A DNA stretch of 63,247 bases, filler included, from Octopus bimaculoides (taxonomy: Eukaryota), in the NCBI RefSeq assembly GCF_001194135.2. It is 4 parts of 3 records of this genome, joined end to end, with 100 filler letters (N's around TTAATTAATTAA, not from the genome) between each part and the next. Parts side by side here need not be neighbours in the genome. Positions count along the whole stretch, not along the records: positions 14,332 to 41,166 come from NC_068990.1; positions 41,267 to 62,034 come from NC_068993.1; 2 more parts are not named here. One strand, given 5' to 3'. Under the pieces are notes generated by a model. That model was given only the letters and a program-made list of their open reading frames with translations, did not search any database and was not told the origin of the DNA. Below, piece by piece: positions 36,797 to 51,022 of this stretch; the stretch's first letter is position 1, and every line of letters starts with the position of its first letter. A program made the position numbers and the translations under genes.

Positions 36797-38237
36797 TAGC
36801 ACTGTTCATCCTATATCAACACATGCACAGACACAGACACATAAATATCTGCGTGAGAGACTATAGAAAAAGAGAATTTCATTATAACTAAATATATCTT
36901 AATATAATTGTTCACTTCCATTGATTTTGGCTTTTAGATCTGACATTTCTTTTGTCAAGTACACACCCACCTCTCTCTCATACGTATGTATACATATACA
37001 TATACATATGTGTATATCACCGTGTATATTCATGTATATGCATATATGTATGCATAAGCACTTATATATGTATATGTATATTTATGTATGTATATATATG
37101 TATGTATGTGTGTATGTGTGTATATGTATGTATGTATTTATGCACTTGTATACGTATATATGTATATAGAATTTGTATGTATGCCTGCACGTGCACATAT
37201 GAGAATATACATTCATACAAACATACATCTATATAGGCGCACGTACATGCTCATATAAACATTTACATATATACTTATAGATATATATATGTATATATAA
37301 ATACATTCATGCATATGTGTATATGTATGTATATGTATGAGTATGTGTGAATATAAAATACGCATGGAAGCATATACGAATATGTATAATATATACATAT
37401 ATACATACATACATACATACATACATACATTCATGCACACACAAATATATTCATACAAACATACACACATACGTCTACGATACATGCAGACTGTAAGTCA
37501 ATCCATCAATTGATCGGCCAGTGCATAATCAATAGTTTTTACCAATTTCTCTATATTTCTTTCTAAGTATCGATTTATATATCAAATTAGCTATTTATCC
37601 ATCTACATGTTCTTACGCACATTCGTATATCTATATATGTATGATATACACAACCATACGTACAGTTAGACTAACACATATTGCGCATATATACGCACAT
37701 ATAGGTATGTTGAATAAAAAAAAAATACACTCAGTTTTCCCAGCCTATGAAATACTACCACAAATAATTCCCGCACGCACTGACGCACAGACACTCACAC
37801 ACACACACACACACGCACACACACGCACACACACGCACACGCACGCACACACACGCACACGCACACACACACTCATACACACACCCACACGCACACACAC
37901 GCATGCGTCCAAATTTCTTCAAATACTAACATACNNNNNNNNNNNNNNNNNNNNNNNNNNNNNNNNNNNNNNNNNNNNNNNNNNNNNNNNNNNNNNNNNN
38001 NNNNNNNNNNNNNNNNNNNNNNNNNNNNNNNNNNNNNNNNNNNNNNNNNNNNNNNNNNNNNNNNNNNNNNNNNNNNNNNNNNNNNNNNNNNNNNNNNNNN
38101 NNNNNNNNNNNNNNNNNNNNNNNNNNNNNNNNNNNNNNNNNNNNNNNNNNNNNNNNNNNNNNNNNNNNNNNNNNNNNNNNNNNNNNNNNNNNNNNNNNNN
38201 NNNNNNNNNNNNNNNNNNNNNNNNNNNNNNNNNNNNN

Positions 38238-38283
<46 letters not shown>

Positions 38284-40018
38284 ACACACCTGTGTGTGTG
38301 TGTGCATATGTATGTAAATATACATAAAATATATATTTTATATTTTTTATATATATATATGTATTCATATATGTGTATATATATATGCATATATATATTT
38401 ATGTGTATATATATAGATATATATACACACACACACACATATATATATATACATATATTTTTAAATTGTGTATATGCATATATACATATTCGTCTGCATC
38501 TCTATATGTATATGTATGTATGTGTGTGTGCAAATTCATCACATACGTTTATGCATAAGTTTATGTAAGTACGTATGTATGTAAGTATATATATATATAT
38601 ATATATATATACAGCTTCATCGATATATAGAATTACATATGTTACTACTAATACTAAACAAACTCGCACACGAAGGCCTAAGAAAGATGCACGCATGCGC
38701 GAACACACGCACGTACTCAAACATAAACACTCGAAAGCACGCTTACGCATGTATACATAAATATATATTACACGTTTTGTTCAAACACCCTCCTCTCTCC
38801 GACAAACATACATCCTCCGACTCAGATACATACATATCGCACACGCTGTAACTGGAGAACAATACGAATGTTCACACGCATTACACGCTCATATGCATCT
38901 CTTGTGCATATTTACACGTAGTTTCACTACTTGTAAACATACACTAACATTCATAGTCACACTGACGTACACATACGTCCACAATACATACTTACATACA
39001 TGGAAATGGATGCGTGGCGTTCGATCATATAACAATATGAATAATATAGATATATATACGCATATATACATACATATATGTAAATGCCTACATATATATA
39101 TATATATATATANNNNNNNNNNNNNNNNNNNNNNNNNNNNNNNNNNNNNNNNNNNNNNNNNNNNNNNNNNNNNNNNNNNNNNNNNNNNNNNNNNNNNNNN
39201 NNNNNNNNNNNNNNNNNNNNNNNNNNNNNNNNNNNNNNNNNNNNNNNNNNNNNNNNNNNNNNNNNNNNNNNNNNNNNNNNNNNNNNNNNNNNNNNNNNNN
39301 NNNNNNNNNNNNNNNNNNNNNNNNNNNNNNNNNNNNNNNNNNNNNNNNNNNNNNNNNNNNNNNNNNNNNNNNNNNNNNNNNNNNNNNNNNNNNNNNNNNN
39401 NNNNNNNNNNNNNNNNNNNNNNNNNNNNNNNNNNNNNNNNNNNNNNNNNNNNNNNNNNNNNNNNNNNNNNNNNNNNNNNNNNNNNNNNNNNNNNNNNNNN
39501 NNNNNNNNNNNNNNNNNNNNNNNNNNNNNNNNNNNNNNNNNNNNNNNNNNNNNNNNNNNNNNNNNNNNNNNNNNNNNNNNNNNNNNNNNNNNNNNNNNNN
39601 NNNNNNNNNNNNNNNNNNNNNNNNNNNNNNNNNNNNNNNNNNNNNNNNNNNNNNNNNNNNNNNNNNNNNNNNNNNNNNNNNNNNNNNNNNNNNNNNNNNN
39701 NNNNNNNNNNNNNNNNNNNNNNNNNNNNNNNNNNNNNNNNNNNNNNNNNNNNNNNNNNNNNNNNNNNNNNNNNNNNNNNNNNNNNNNNNNNNNNNNNNNN
39801 NNNNNNNNNNNNNNNNNNNNNNNNNNNNNNNNNNNNNNNNNNNNNNNNNNNNNNNNNNNNNNNNNNNNNNNNNNNNNNNNNNNNNNNNNNNNNNNNNNNN
39901 NNNNNNNNNNNNNNNNNNNNNNNNNNNNNNNNNNNNNNNNNNNNNNNNNNNNNNNNNNNNNNNNNNNNNNNNNNNNNNNNNNNNNNNNNNNNNNNNNNNN
40001 NNNNNNNNNNNNNNNNNN

Positions 40019-40056
<38 letters not shown>

Positions 40057-40067
40057 TATTATTTTAC

Positions 40068-40312
40068 TCTTTTATTCTTTTATACCTTAACTTGTTCCAG
40101 TTATTTGTCTGCGGTCATACTGCAGCACCGGCTAGATGGTTTTTAGTCGAATAGATCGATTCTACGACTTCCTATTTTGTAAGCCAAATACTTATTTTTC
40201 GGTAAATTGGGCCGAAGTGCTAAGTTGCAGCGATGTAAACCCACCAACACCGGTTGTGAAGCGGTGATTGAGGGACAAACACTGACACAAAGATACACAT
40301 AGATAGACAGAC

Positions 40313-40349
<37 letters not shown>

Positions 40350-40364
40350 TAGATAGATAGATAT

Positions 40365-40419
<55 letters not shown>

Positions 40420-40535
40420 TAAAAGGGTTCTACCAAATCAACTCACAATGTTTGGTTAGCCTGAAACTATAGTAGAAAACACTTGCCCAAGGTGCCACGC
40501 AGTGGGACTGAACCCGGAATCATATGATTGGGAAG
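40068..40535 (-). mobile_element. SINE family B with internal (GACA)n/(GATA)n
   Basis: Head at about 40440-40535 (cacttgcccaaggtgccacgcagtgggactgaacccgg), tail at about 40070-40290. The internal repeat is a different tetranucleotide type. Confidence 0.85.
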
Positions 40536-40715
40536 TAAGCTGCATATGTATGTTTGTACATATATATATATGCGGGTATATACTGGTGTATATGCTTTTT
40601 AAATATTTCAACTTACTAAATTTTAAAATGCATTAATAACTCAACACGAGTTAAATGAGATTTTTGCAAGTTGCAATCATATTTATACGTCGGTGTTTCC
40701 GTAAAACGTCAGGGC

Positions 40716-40786
<71 letters not shown>

Positions 40787-40956
40787 AATGTATGTATGTA
40801 TGTATGTATGTATGTATGTATATAGGTACGTGTGTGTATACATATACATATACATATACAGGTACATGTACGTATATGAATGCGTGTATGTGTGTCTACA
40901 CACATATATATATATGCATACATGTACATATGTATGTGTTTATATATATATATATG

Positions 40957-40988
<32 letters not shown>

Positions 40989-41341
40989 NNNNNNNNNNTA
41001 ATAGATACATACATACATACATACATACATACATACATACAATATATGAATATAAACCAGAAAAGTCAGGAAGTATGCTCGCTGGTTATATTTATTTAAC
41101 CGCTTGACATTTTTAGGATATATATACATATATATATATATATGTGTATGTATATATATATATATANNNNNNNNNNNNNNNNNNNNNNNNNNNNNNNNNN
41201 NNNNNNNNNNTTAATTAATTAANNNNNNNNNNNNNNNNNNNNNNNNNNNNNNNNNNNNNNNNNNNNGAAGCAGAATTAGCAATATATATGCAGGGTGTTC
41301 GGTCTAAATAATTGCATAGATGTATGAAAACGGGAGGTTGG

Positions 41342-41398
<57 letters not shown>

Positions 41399-41424
41399 TG
41401 CGTATATGTATATAAGTAAATATA

Positions 41425-41456
<32 letters not shown>

Positions 41457-41569
41457 GTAGATACAGCTGTCTTCGTCATTTGCTTTCTGTGAAGTTAAAC
41501 TGTGTGCGTGTGCGTGTGCGTGTATGAGTGTGTGTGTGTGTCTGTGTATAAATCAATACAATGTACCTA

Positions 41570-42720
41570 AGCTGACTCTTCTGAATATTCCCTCGGATCT
41601 TCGGATGTCTATGTGCACAAATATGAAGTGATGTACTTATTCATATAAAGGCTGACTCATGGCTAAGGTTCTAGAAAGTCACTACCATTCTGAGTTCCAA
41701 GAATATCGCTCGAAATTTGGTTCCTTAGTCTGTAACTCATAGACTGGGGCACCACACCATGACTTATCGGCTGGTGTCCTATACAGTGATGCATATTCTA
41801 TAGTCCTTTATTGTAAACTGCAGCCTTGGTGTTGACAACGTTACACATATGATGGGACCTAGAGTGTAACTCACAAGTTGAGACCTTACAATATAATACA
41901 TAGCGTACGACACTAGACAGTTACTCAGACTTGGATCATTGACTGTGTGTCATAGGCAAGGAATCAAGCCAGTGATTCATTGGCTGGAGCCTAGATGTGA
42001 CACACATGATAGGGCCCAAGATCGTAAAATGCAAGCTGGGACGCAAGAGTGTTCCTTACGTGCTATTACTCTGTGCCGTGGCGAACAGGTTGCATGCCTA
42101 GACTACGACTTCTTATCCGGACTTCTAGTCTAGGGATCTAGAGCTTTCTACATATGCTGCCGTATATGGTTCATTATCATTGATTGAGAATTTAGCCTGT
42201 GAATCACGTTGTAGGTGCCCAGTTCATGAGTCAAAGTCGATTACCTCAGACTGTAAATCACGCATATAATGTGCCGCGTTGTAATGCCTCAACTTGACAC
42301 ATATGATAGCACTTTTGACTATGACTCAAATGTTGAGGTTTTAACCGTGAGTCATACTGGAATCCTAGTCTGTGATACCCAGGCTGAAACATTGAGTCGT
42401 GGCTCACAACATGGAAACCTACAATATTATTCATATTTTACGAGTCACCTACACTACGACACTAGATAGTGACTCAAAGACTGTAGCTGGTTACTCATAT
42501 GCTAGCTCTATAAACAGACTCATAGGTTGAGGTTTATACATTGATGTTTATGCTGATGTCGTGAAGTGTGAGTTATAGTCTGAAACACTAGACTGCAGCT
42601 CATTGACTGGGAAGCTACACCGTGACTCTGTGAATCAAAGGCCGGGATCAAATACCGTTTCTCATTGTCTAAGATTATGAATTCTACGCTGGATTTTTTC
42701 ACTGTGAGTATTATTCGTAT
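41570..42720. repeat. Cryptic decayed repeat rich in TGA(C/G)TCA
   Basis: Five exact TGASTCA motifs, more than ten one-mismatch variants, and recurring acactagac / acacatatgat / agactg words. Confidence 0.6.
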
Positions 42721-42860
42721 GCTGGTGAAGGTGAATGTGATTTATACCTAATTCATAGGCTACCTCAAAAATCGTTAATACATTGGTAAGTAAAACAAGG
42801 CCATATCTAATATGCAGGACTCAAGACTGCAACACATAGTGGTGCGATAGATAGATAGAG

Positions 42861-42904
<44 letters not shown>

Positions 42905-43215
42905 CACACATACATACGTACATACATACATGCATACATACATACATGCATGCATACCTACATACATACATACATGCATGCATACATACATACATACATA
43001 CATACATACATACATACATACATACATACATACACAACCATGAAGTATAAATAAAATTTATAGTGCAATTTTTACGAGTTGTTTGAAAGGTTCGCACTTT
43101 TAATATGTTATTACAAGCTGGACAGGATATAAGTAGAATAGTATTATAGATGACAAGATTAAAAAAACAAGAGGTACAAAACCATTATTATTCTTATCAT
43201 TATTATTATTATTAC

Positions 43216-43261
<46 letters not shown>

Positions 43262-44065
43262 GCATCATTGGTGAAATATATTATGTAACAGCATTTAAAT
43301 TGCAGAGTATGAAAAGAAAATAGAGCATAGAGCATATATGACAAGAAAAAAAAGGAATGAAAATAAAAAATTAGCACACAAAAACAGTATCGACAGCAAC
43401 AATAACAACAACAACAACGACAACGCTATCAACTGCTCCAACAACCAAAACAACAATAAATGAACTAAAATACATAAAACACTCTGACACGAGCCGTTAA
43501 TAAGTTTCAATTCCACAACGTCTTGCCGTGCCAAATTTTATTTTTCGCGCTTTCACTTTATTGTTTCTTTATATATTTCGGTTATTCAATCTATTTATCT
43601 ACCATAGGTTACTTCATGCTAACCTCCCCTGTCTTTCTAGTACTTCCTCTTTTTAATCTTCAGCTTCCCTATACACACTGTACTCCCGGTTTTCCTTTCT
43701 TGCTAACTTTTTTTTTCTCTACCGCATTTCTCTTTTTTTCTTTATATATCTGACGATCGCACGTATACACCCATTGAAACACATATCATAGCACTGAACT
43801 TAGTGGGTAGAAATAAATATATACATACATGCACTGACAAAGATACGAATAAGATACACGTATATACACATACAAATGCATTCGTGTAGATCGTGTTGAT
43901 TTTGTCCTCTGTTCTTACTGTTCGCAGCAGTCGTAGCACTATAATATTTTACACTCTAGAACTATATTGAGAAACATTAGCGTTTATCATTTAACTTTTG
44001 CCTATGACTACAAATATATAATATTTTAAGTACAATGATACGCACATACTATTATAAATAGGGAA

Positions 44066-44107
<42 letters not shown>

Positions 44108-44589
44108 NNNNNNNNNNNNNNNNNNNNNNNNNNNNNNNNNNNNNNNNNNNNNNNNNNNNNNNNNNNNNNNNNNNNNNNNNNNNNNNNNNNNNNNNNNNNN
44201 NNNNNNNNNNNNNNNNNNNNNNNNNNNNNNNNNNNNNNNNNNNNNNNNNNNNNNNNNNNNNNNNNNNNNNNNNNNNNNNNNNNNNNNNNNNNNNNNNNNN
44301 NNNNNNNNNNNNNNNNNNNNNNNNNNNNNNNNNNNNNNNNNNNNNNNNNNNNNNNNNNNNNNNNNNNNNNNNNNNNNNNNNNNNNNNNNNNNNNNNNNNN
44401 NNNNNNNNNNNNNNNNNNNNNNNNNNNNNNNNNNNNNNNNNNNNNNNNNNNNNNNNNNNNNNNNNNNATATATATATATATATATAAACAAACATATATA
44501 TCCAAATGCACGTGCACACAGATGGAGAGCCAAACGCACACACGCACACACATACACTTAGAGACGGAGACATCCCTTTACGCATTTCG

Positions 44590-44621
<32 letters not shown>

Positions 44622-44996
44622 CATATATATGCGAGTAAATATACACGTGTTTGCGTACCTAGAGAGAAAATTAATATTTAGTGACACGTGCGAGTACGCG
44701 CACACAGAAGCAAACACACACACACACATCTAAACACACACATAGAGATCGAGGGGGCGAGAGTGGTGGGTGGAGGAAACAAAATCGAGAGAGCCAAATG
44801 CTTGACACATACCTACATGTATATGGACAAGATTTCATTCCTCTAAGGGATGCAGCCAAACACCTCTTCTTTGTTTTGTCACTTTTAATTATAGAATGCA
44901 AATGATATGTGAATTTCAGCTATTGTGTATATGGTATATTACGGGGGTCAGGATAACATTCCACATCCGTTGTTTTTGATGTCGTTAAGGCTATAG

Positions 44997-45039
44997 GTGA
45001 TGGGGGGGGGGGTGATGCTGATGCTGATGTTTTTGTTGC

Positions 45040-45079
<40 letters not shown>

Positions 45080-45323
45080 GCTGTTGTTGTTGTCGCTGCT
45101 GCTGTTGCTGTTGCTGTTGCTACTGCTGCAGTTGTTCCCCCTGCTACTGATGATGATCATGATGATGATGATGATGAGGTGGGGGAGGAGGAGGAGGAGG
45201 AGGAGGAGGAAGGAGTGGTGGATGATAAGGTTGATGACGACGACGACGACGACGACGACGATGATGATGATGATGATGTTGATGATGATGATGATGTTGA
45301 TGATGATGATGATGGTGATGGCA

Positions 45324-45361
<38 letters not shown>

Positions 45362-45714
45362 ATTAGTGGTGTTGGTGATGATGATGATGTTGATGGCAAT
45401 GATGATGATGATGATGATGATGATGATATCGGTGGTGTTGGTGATGGTGGTCGTGGTGGTTACGGTGGTGTTTGTGATGATAATGATGATGACGACACTG
45501 TTGGTGAAGAGGATGATGTCGAAGACAATGAGGAAGATAACGATGATGATGATGATGGTGATGATGGTGATGATCATGATCATGATCATGATGAAAGTAG
45601 TGGTGGTGGTGGTGGTGGTGGTGGTGGTTTTGGTGGTGATGGTGATGATGATGATAACGATGATGATGACGACAACGACGGCGTCTACGACGGAGGCGAT
45701 GACGATGTTGGTGG

Positions 45715-45745
<31 letters not shown>

Positions 45746-45885
45746 GGTGGTAGCGTTTTCGTTGATCAAATCGTTCTGTTTTGATCCAGAAAATGATTAC
45801 GTTACTGTTATAGTTGGTGGTTGTCCTTGCTGTTTCCGTTTGTTTTCACTGGATTTGTTGATGCTGTTCAGCGTTGGTGATAATG

Positions 45886-45959
<74 letters not shown>

Positions 45960-45960
45960 C

Positions 45961-46025
<65 letters not shown>
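44997..46025. repeat. 1-kb compound trinucleotide array (GTT, GCT, GAT, GAG, GAC, GGT, GTA)
   Basis: Direct inspection. It generates poly-M/D/L/V/S ORFs. Confidence 0.92.
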
Positions 46026-46026
<1 letters not shown>

Positions 46027-46634
46027 CATTGTCACACTCGCTTTGAACGCCAAATAGAATAAACATGATGTATTTTCTTCGAGGCCTCAATCATCTGGAT
46101 TGCCATCATCTGATTTATCATCTGGATAAAGATTTAAATATGAAATATCGTGTGTACTCTACCTAATATTGTTAGGTCCATTCCAAGAACAATTATTTGA
46201 ATAACTCATGGCGATATCTCTAACGTATGTCACCAGAATATTGAACTTTGAATTTTATAAAGTCTATCGTATAAACTGAAAGATATCCTACAGTATAATA
46301 TTGCCCAAAGGACCGAATGAATGATTAACTTATATCAATGTAATAAGAGTTTTCACTGGGCGCGCGCCCGTAAGAAGACCTTTCGTTATTTAGAAACCTT
46401 ACTGTTTCATTTTCTTCTGAAAATTACATACGTTGTGTGTAACATCGAATGTTAAGTTTTACATTATAGTAATGGCAGTTCTTTGCAAAGAACCCAAGCG
46501 GTCGCAGGGGTTTAGTGCCGGCCCTGCTGTAGACAAATTAATGGTTTAGGGTTACAGTTAGCGTTAATATGTGGCGAATATGGTGCAACTGTAAATATTT
46601 AGCAAATTTTTATCCAATCACAATATGTGTATGT

Positions 46635-46790
46635 GGAACTTCCACAGTCTCTGTCAACCAAATTGCATTACGAGACATTGGTTGGCCAGGGGCTATAAAG
46701 GAAGCATGTGTTATAACTACCGAGAAATAGGACTGAACCCGAAACCACATGGGTACAAAGCAGGTTTCTTATTCACACAGCTATACTTGC
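46635..46790 (-). mobile_element. SINE family B head, diverged
   Basis: aacttccacagtctctgtcaaccaaatt..ggactgaacccgaaaccacatggg..cacacagctatacttgc. Confidence 0.65.
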
Positions 46791-47148
46791 ACCCAATACA
46801 CACACACACACTCGCATTTTCACATATATATATATGTGTGTGTGAGTGTGTGTAGAGAGAGGGGGGGAGAGAGAAAGAGAGAAAGAGAGAGACGTACATA
46901 CATTTTGGGAAATCATAAGGAAATTGAAATGAAGTTGCATCAGATGGTAATTGAAACTGGAACAAACCACTTCGCAGGATTATAAATTTGCGTCTCTGCC
47001 TAACTCCATATTTTCATATGTCAAGGTGTCTATCGTATTCTTCTGTTTGTTGTTGTTGTTTGAATTATTGTTCAGTCATTGGTTAATACGAATTCAGTAG
47101 ACCTACGATAGAAGTCACTCAATTCACTACCATACACTCGGTTACATC

Positions 47149-47220
<72 letters not shown>

Positions 47221-47374
47221 TCTGTCCCCACCCTCGTCTTGTTTGTTTGTTCTCGCTTTCTATTCATACATACATACATACATACATACATACATACAAG
47301 TATACATAATACTTATTTATTTGTGTGTGCGTGTATGTGTGTATATGTGTGTATGTGTGTGTGTATGCATATGT

Positions 47375-47462
47375 TAGTGTGTATTTGCTTGTCCCCCACC
47401 ATCGCTTGACAACCAGCGTTGGTGTATTTACGTCCCCGTAACCTAGTGGTTCAGCAAAAGAC
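47375..47462 (+). mobile_element. SINE family B tail fragment
   Basis: tgcttgtcccccaccatcgcttgacaaccagcgttggtgtatttacgtccccgtaacctagtggttcagcaaaag. Confidence 0.8.
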
Positions 47463-48649
47463 AATATATATTTGCTCGATTCCATGCTCTATTTTTGTTG
47501 TGCTAATGTTATTATGGTTCTCTTATTGTGTTGCCATTGTTTTTTGCTGTTTCTTAACTCGCAGCTCGGCCCTGTTTGGGGACAGTGTTTGCTAATGTGA
47601 CTTTTCTTAATCAAGAGAGTTCTATTTGCGTGAGCAAATACGGCAAGCTGCCATTATCAGTAGCCTCTCGGACAAAACCACGGCAGCCCGTGTAATTCTT
47701 TACATTTCAAGTGGTCCCTGTGGTCAATTTTTCCTTTCACTTCCTTTACTGTTTCTAACTTTTTTTTTCCGATAAATTAAAGTACCAGTGAATAGGTGGG
47801 GTTCGATGTAATTGGACTTGTCATCACACCTTAAAATTGCTGGCCTAGAACCCTGCAACTGACCGACATCCTGTTCAAGGAAATGTGATCTCAATCGCTT
47901 ATGTGTCATGGAAACTGGGGGGTCATGGCTTTTGAGTCCCTAGGGCTCAAAAAAACCTTTTTTAAATCTCTTCGGACGAAGTCTTTGACAAGAATTTTCT
48001 ACCATAGCCTGATATTGACCAATGCCTTATCAATGAAATTTAGAAGACAAAATTCCCACAGGAGTGGTGTAGGGTTTTTTTTTTTTTTTGAGAGGTTTCA
48101 AATTATATTTGTTCTCCTCTAAACCAGTGATTTAACTACTGGAAAATAGTAAATAAGGACGCTATTGTTGACCAAAGATTATATAAAATATAAATAAATA
48201 ATACACATATGCACCAATATCATGAAGCTACCCTAAGTTAAAGAAACTAATATAAACTCTATGTAAATAAACAAATCACATGTGCCAAACAAAGTATGAA
48301 GTTGCAAATTTAAATAATGTTAAAACACAGAATAGTAGCCAAAGTTTAGATAGATCGCTATTGAACGTGACTATTTCATCCTAACTTAACTATTTCGTTT
48401 AGGATTTAATTTTATCGGTCGTATTAATTCGTTTTGGTTTACAGGACTTAATAAAATCAGTGTGTTGTTTGTTTGTATATGTATGTGCCCATTTATATAC
48501 AGCAAACCAACACAGTAAGTTACACCGACACAAACATATACGTAACACGCACTGAAACAAACAAAAAAATTGGAGAGCAAAATCTAATGGAAATAATCTC
48601 CAGGAAAAATTGAGGATAATTCTTTCTAATTTATTCAAAAGATCAGTAA

Positions 48650-48830
48650 TTTAACGGGGAGTGTTAGTCGATTAAATCTAAACCACTGCCCAACTGGTAC
48701 TTATTTTATCGACCCTGATGTGGTGCAAGGCAAAGTTGAAGCCGGTGGAATTTAGATTCAGAACCTAAAGCCAGAAGTGCCGCTGAATATTTTGTCCGGC
48801 GTGCTAACGATTCTGCCACGTCACCGCCTT
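48650..48830 (-). mobile_element. SINE family A
   Basis: ctggtacttattttatcgaccctg..aaggcaaagttgaagccggtggaattt..ccggcgtgctaacgattctgccacgtcaccgcctt. Confidence 0.85.
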
Positions 48831-49348
48831 AGGAAGAATAATAATAATCAATAATCAAAAACAAAATGAATGTAGGAAAACTATGTGCATAAGATATTTG
48901 GGAAATTTATTTTACGTCTGAGCCAGAAAGCCTACGGCAGACTGCAGACATTATATTAAAGATCCAAGATATGTGGGAGTAAAGGAAAGAAGAGAACATA
49001 ACTATTTTGTTATCCTAAAATGAGAGATCTGTTCTAAATGCTTAAAAGAGAATCCGCCCCTAAATAAAAGTTCTGCAAGGATCGAATACGTTTTAAACGT
49101 TGATCGGTTAAGCTCATTCGCTGGGAACAAAACAGCATATTCCAGGGGCTTCCGCATTGTTTCTGTCAACAACCTAATTTTTTCACTAAATTAGGTCACA
49201 GCACCACCATGATAGAATTCTACGCCTATGAGCCCTAGAAGCAAAACCATTTCATTGCATAAAGAAAGAATGTATGTACGTTTGCGTGCATGCATACGTA
49301 TGGGTAAACCTACGTCTATATATGTTCTGTCAGTCTATCTGTCTATCT

Positions 49349-49405
<57 letters not shown>

Positions 49406-50129
49406 ATTTAATACATTTAATATATTTTATACAAGTGACAGCTTACTGTATGAGTAACGGTATAAAAAAATTACATTAGCATGCATTGTCTGTTCGGTAA
49501 TATACGAAGAAATACCATAACCAGAAAACAGAATATTACTAACAGAGAATTAAACGCGTCATTCTTGACTAATGAAAGTCCAACATTAACAAGTAAAACG
49601 TAAATGCAGCTAATTAATAAACTGAACATTTAATTGCTCAGGTCACAATACATTCTTGTATCTTATATTTGAGCAGATCTTTACTATATTAATCACTTCT
49701 GCTTTTTGATAAAGGCATTTTGAAGCCGAAATATTAATATTAACAAAAACCCGACGGCGAGCTGAGAGGATCTAATGATCCATTAGAAGGTCAGGAGAGA
49801 AAAGTGTGTAGAATTTTACTTTCTAGTTCTTTACATTCTGGTTTCAAATACCACCGAGATCAAATTTATCTCGGCGTCAATAAAAATATACCAGTGAAGT
49901 ACATATGGAATCGACGGTGTCGAGTCAGTGCATCCAGTATAAATTACTGCCCTTGAGTCTAAATCAGAAACAAAATTATTGATATTTATTATAAGGGTAT
50001 AAAAATGCACTTTCTCATTTTTTGTATTTGTTGTTGCTCTTTCCTTCCATATTAGATACACGTAAACATACGTAGGCTCTAATCTACGTAGTATTGCATT
50101 GAAGTATATTTGGCGGATCAGTGCCGAGT

Positions 50130-50540
50130 AATAGATATATGCAATGGCAGCAAAAGAGAAGTATGGAAGAAAATAAAAAAAGTGAAAGAGTGAGAGGGAA
50201 AGAAAGTGGGAGAGACACGTGGAGAGATAGAGGGAAGGGGAGATAGAGAGAAGGAGAGAGAGAGAGAAGTGGTGATAAAGAGATAGAAAGAGAGAGAGAG
50301 TGAGACGAGGAGAAATGAAGGGAAGGAGAGAGAGGGGTGGAGATAAAGAGAGAGATGGAGAGAGATGAGGGAAGGAGAACGAGAGGGTGGGTATAAAGAG
50401 AGAAATAGAGAGAGACGGGGAGATATGGGGAAAGGAGAGAGAGAAAGAGAGAGAGACACGGGGAGAGATGAGGGAAGGCGAGAGAGAGAAGGGTGGGGAT
50501 AAAGAGAGAGAGAGAGACTGAAGTTGCAGCAGAGGGAGAC
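50130..50540. repeat. Polypurine (GA-rich) tract
   Basis: About 400 bp almost exclusively A/G on the + strand. It is the source of the S/L/P/F-rich minus-strand ORFs. Confidence 0.9.
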
Positions 50541-50892
50541 CATGAGATTTGTTGTGGAAATGAATTGATTGAATGATTGTGATGATACAATACGCGAGTG
50601 GGGGGCGGGGCGAATATGTTGAGAATTTAGAGAGCAAAATAAATAATAAAAGAGTCCCCAAACGAGATGTAATAATACAAGCATAGCAGAATCTGATATA
50701 CCGTAAAAGCTTCATTCTGAAGCCGAACATATGCCCATGTTTATCACGTCTCGATCATATGATATTTCTTCAACAGCATATTTTGTAGTCGGGGCGAGGT
50801 GATATCTCTATGATCTCAAACGTTGACAGCAAGATTACAGCCATGTTGAAACGAACGAACGAACGAACGAATGTCGATAGAAGTGCCCGCGC

Positions 50893-51022
<130 letters not shown>

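Noticed and set aside
45179-45784. 201-aa Asp/Glu-rich ORF
   Set aside because: A pure compound microsatellite. All triplet frames give homopolymer ORFs.
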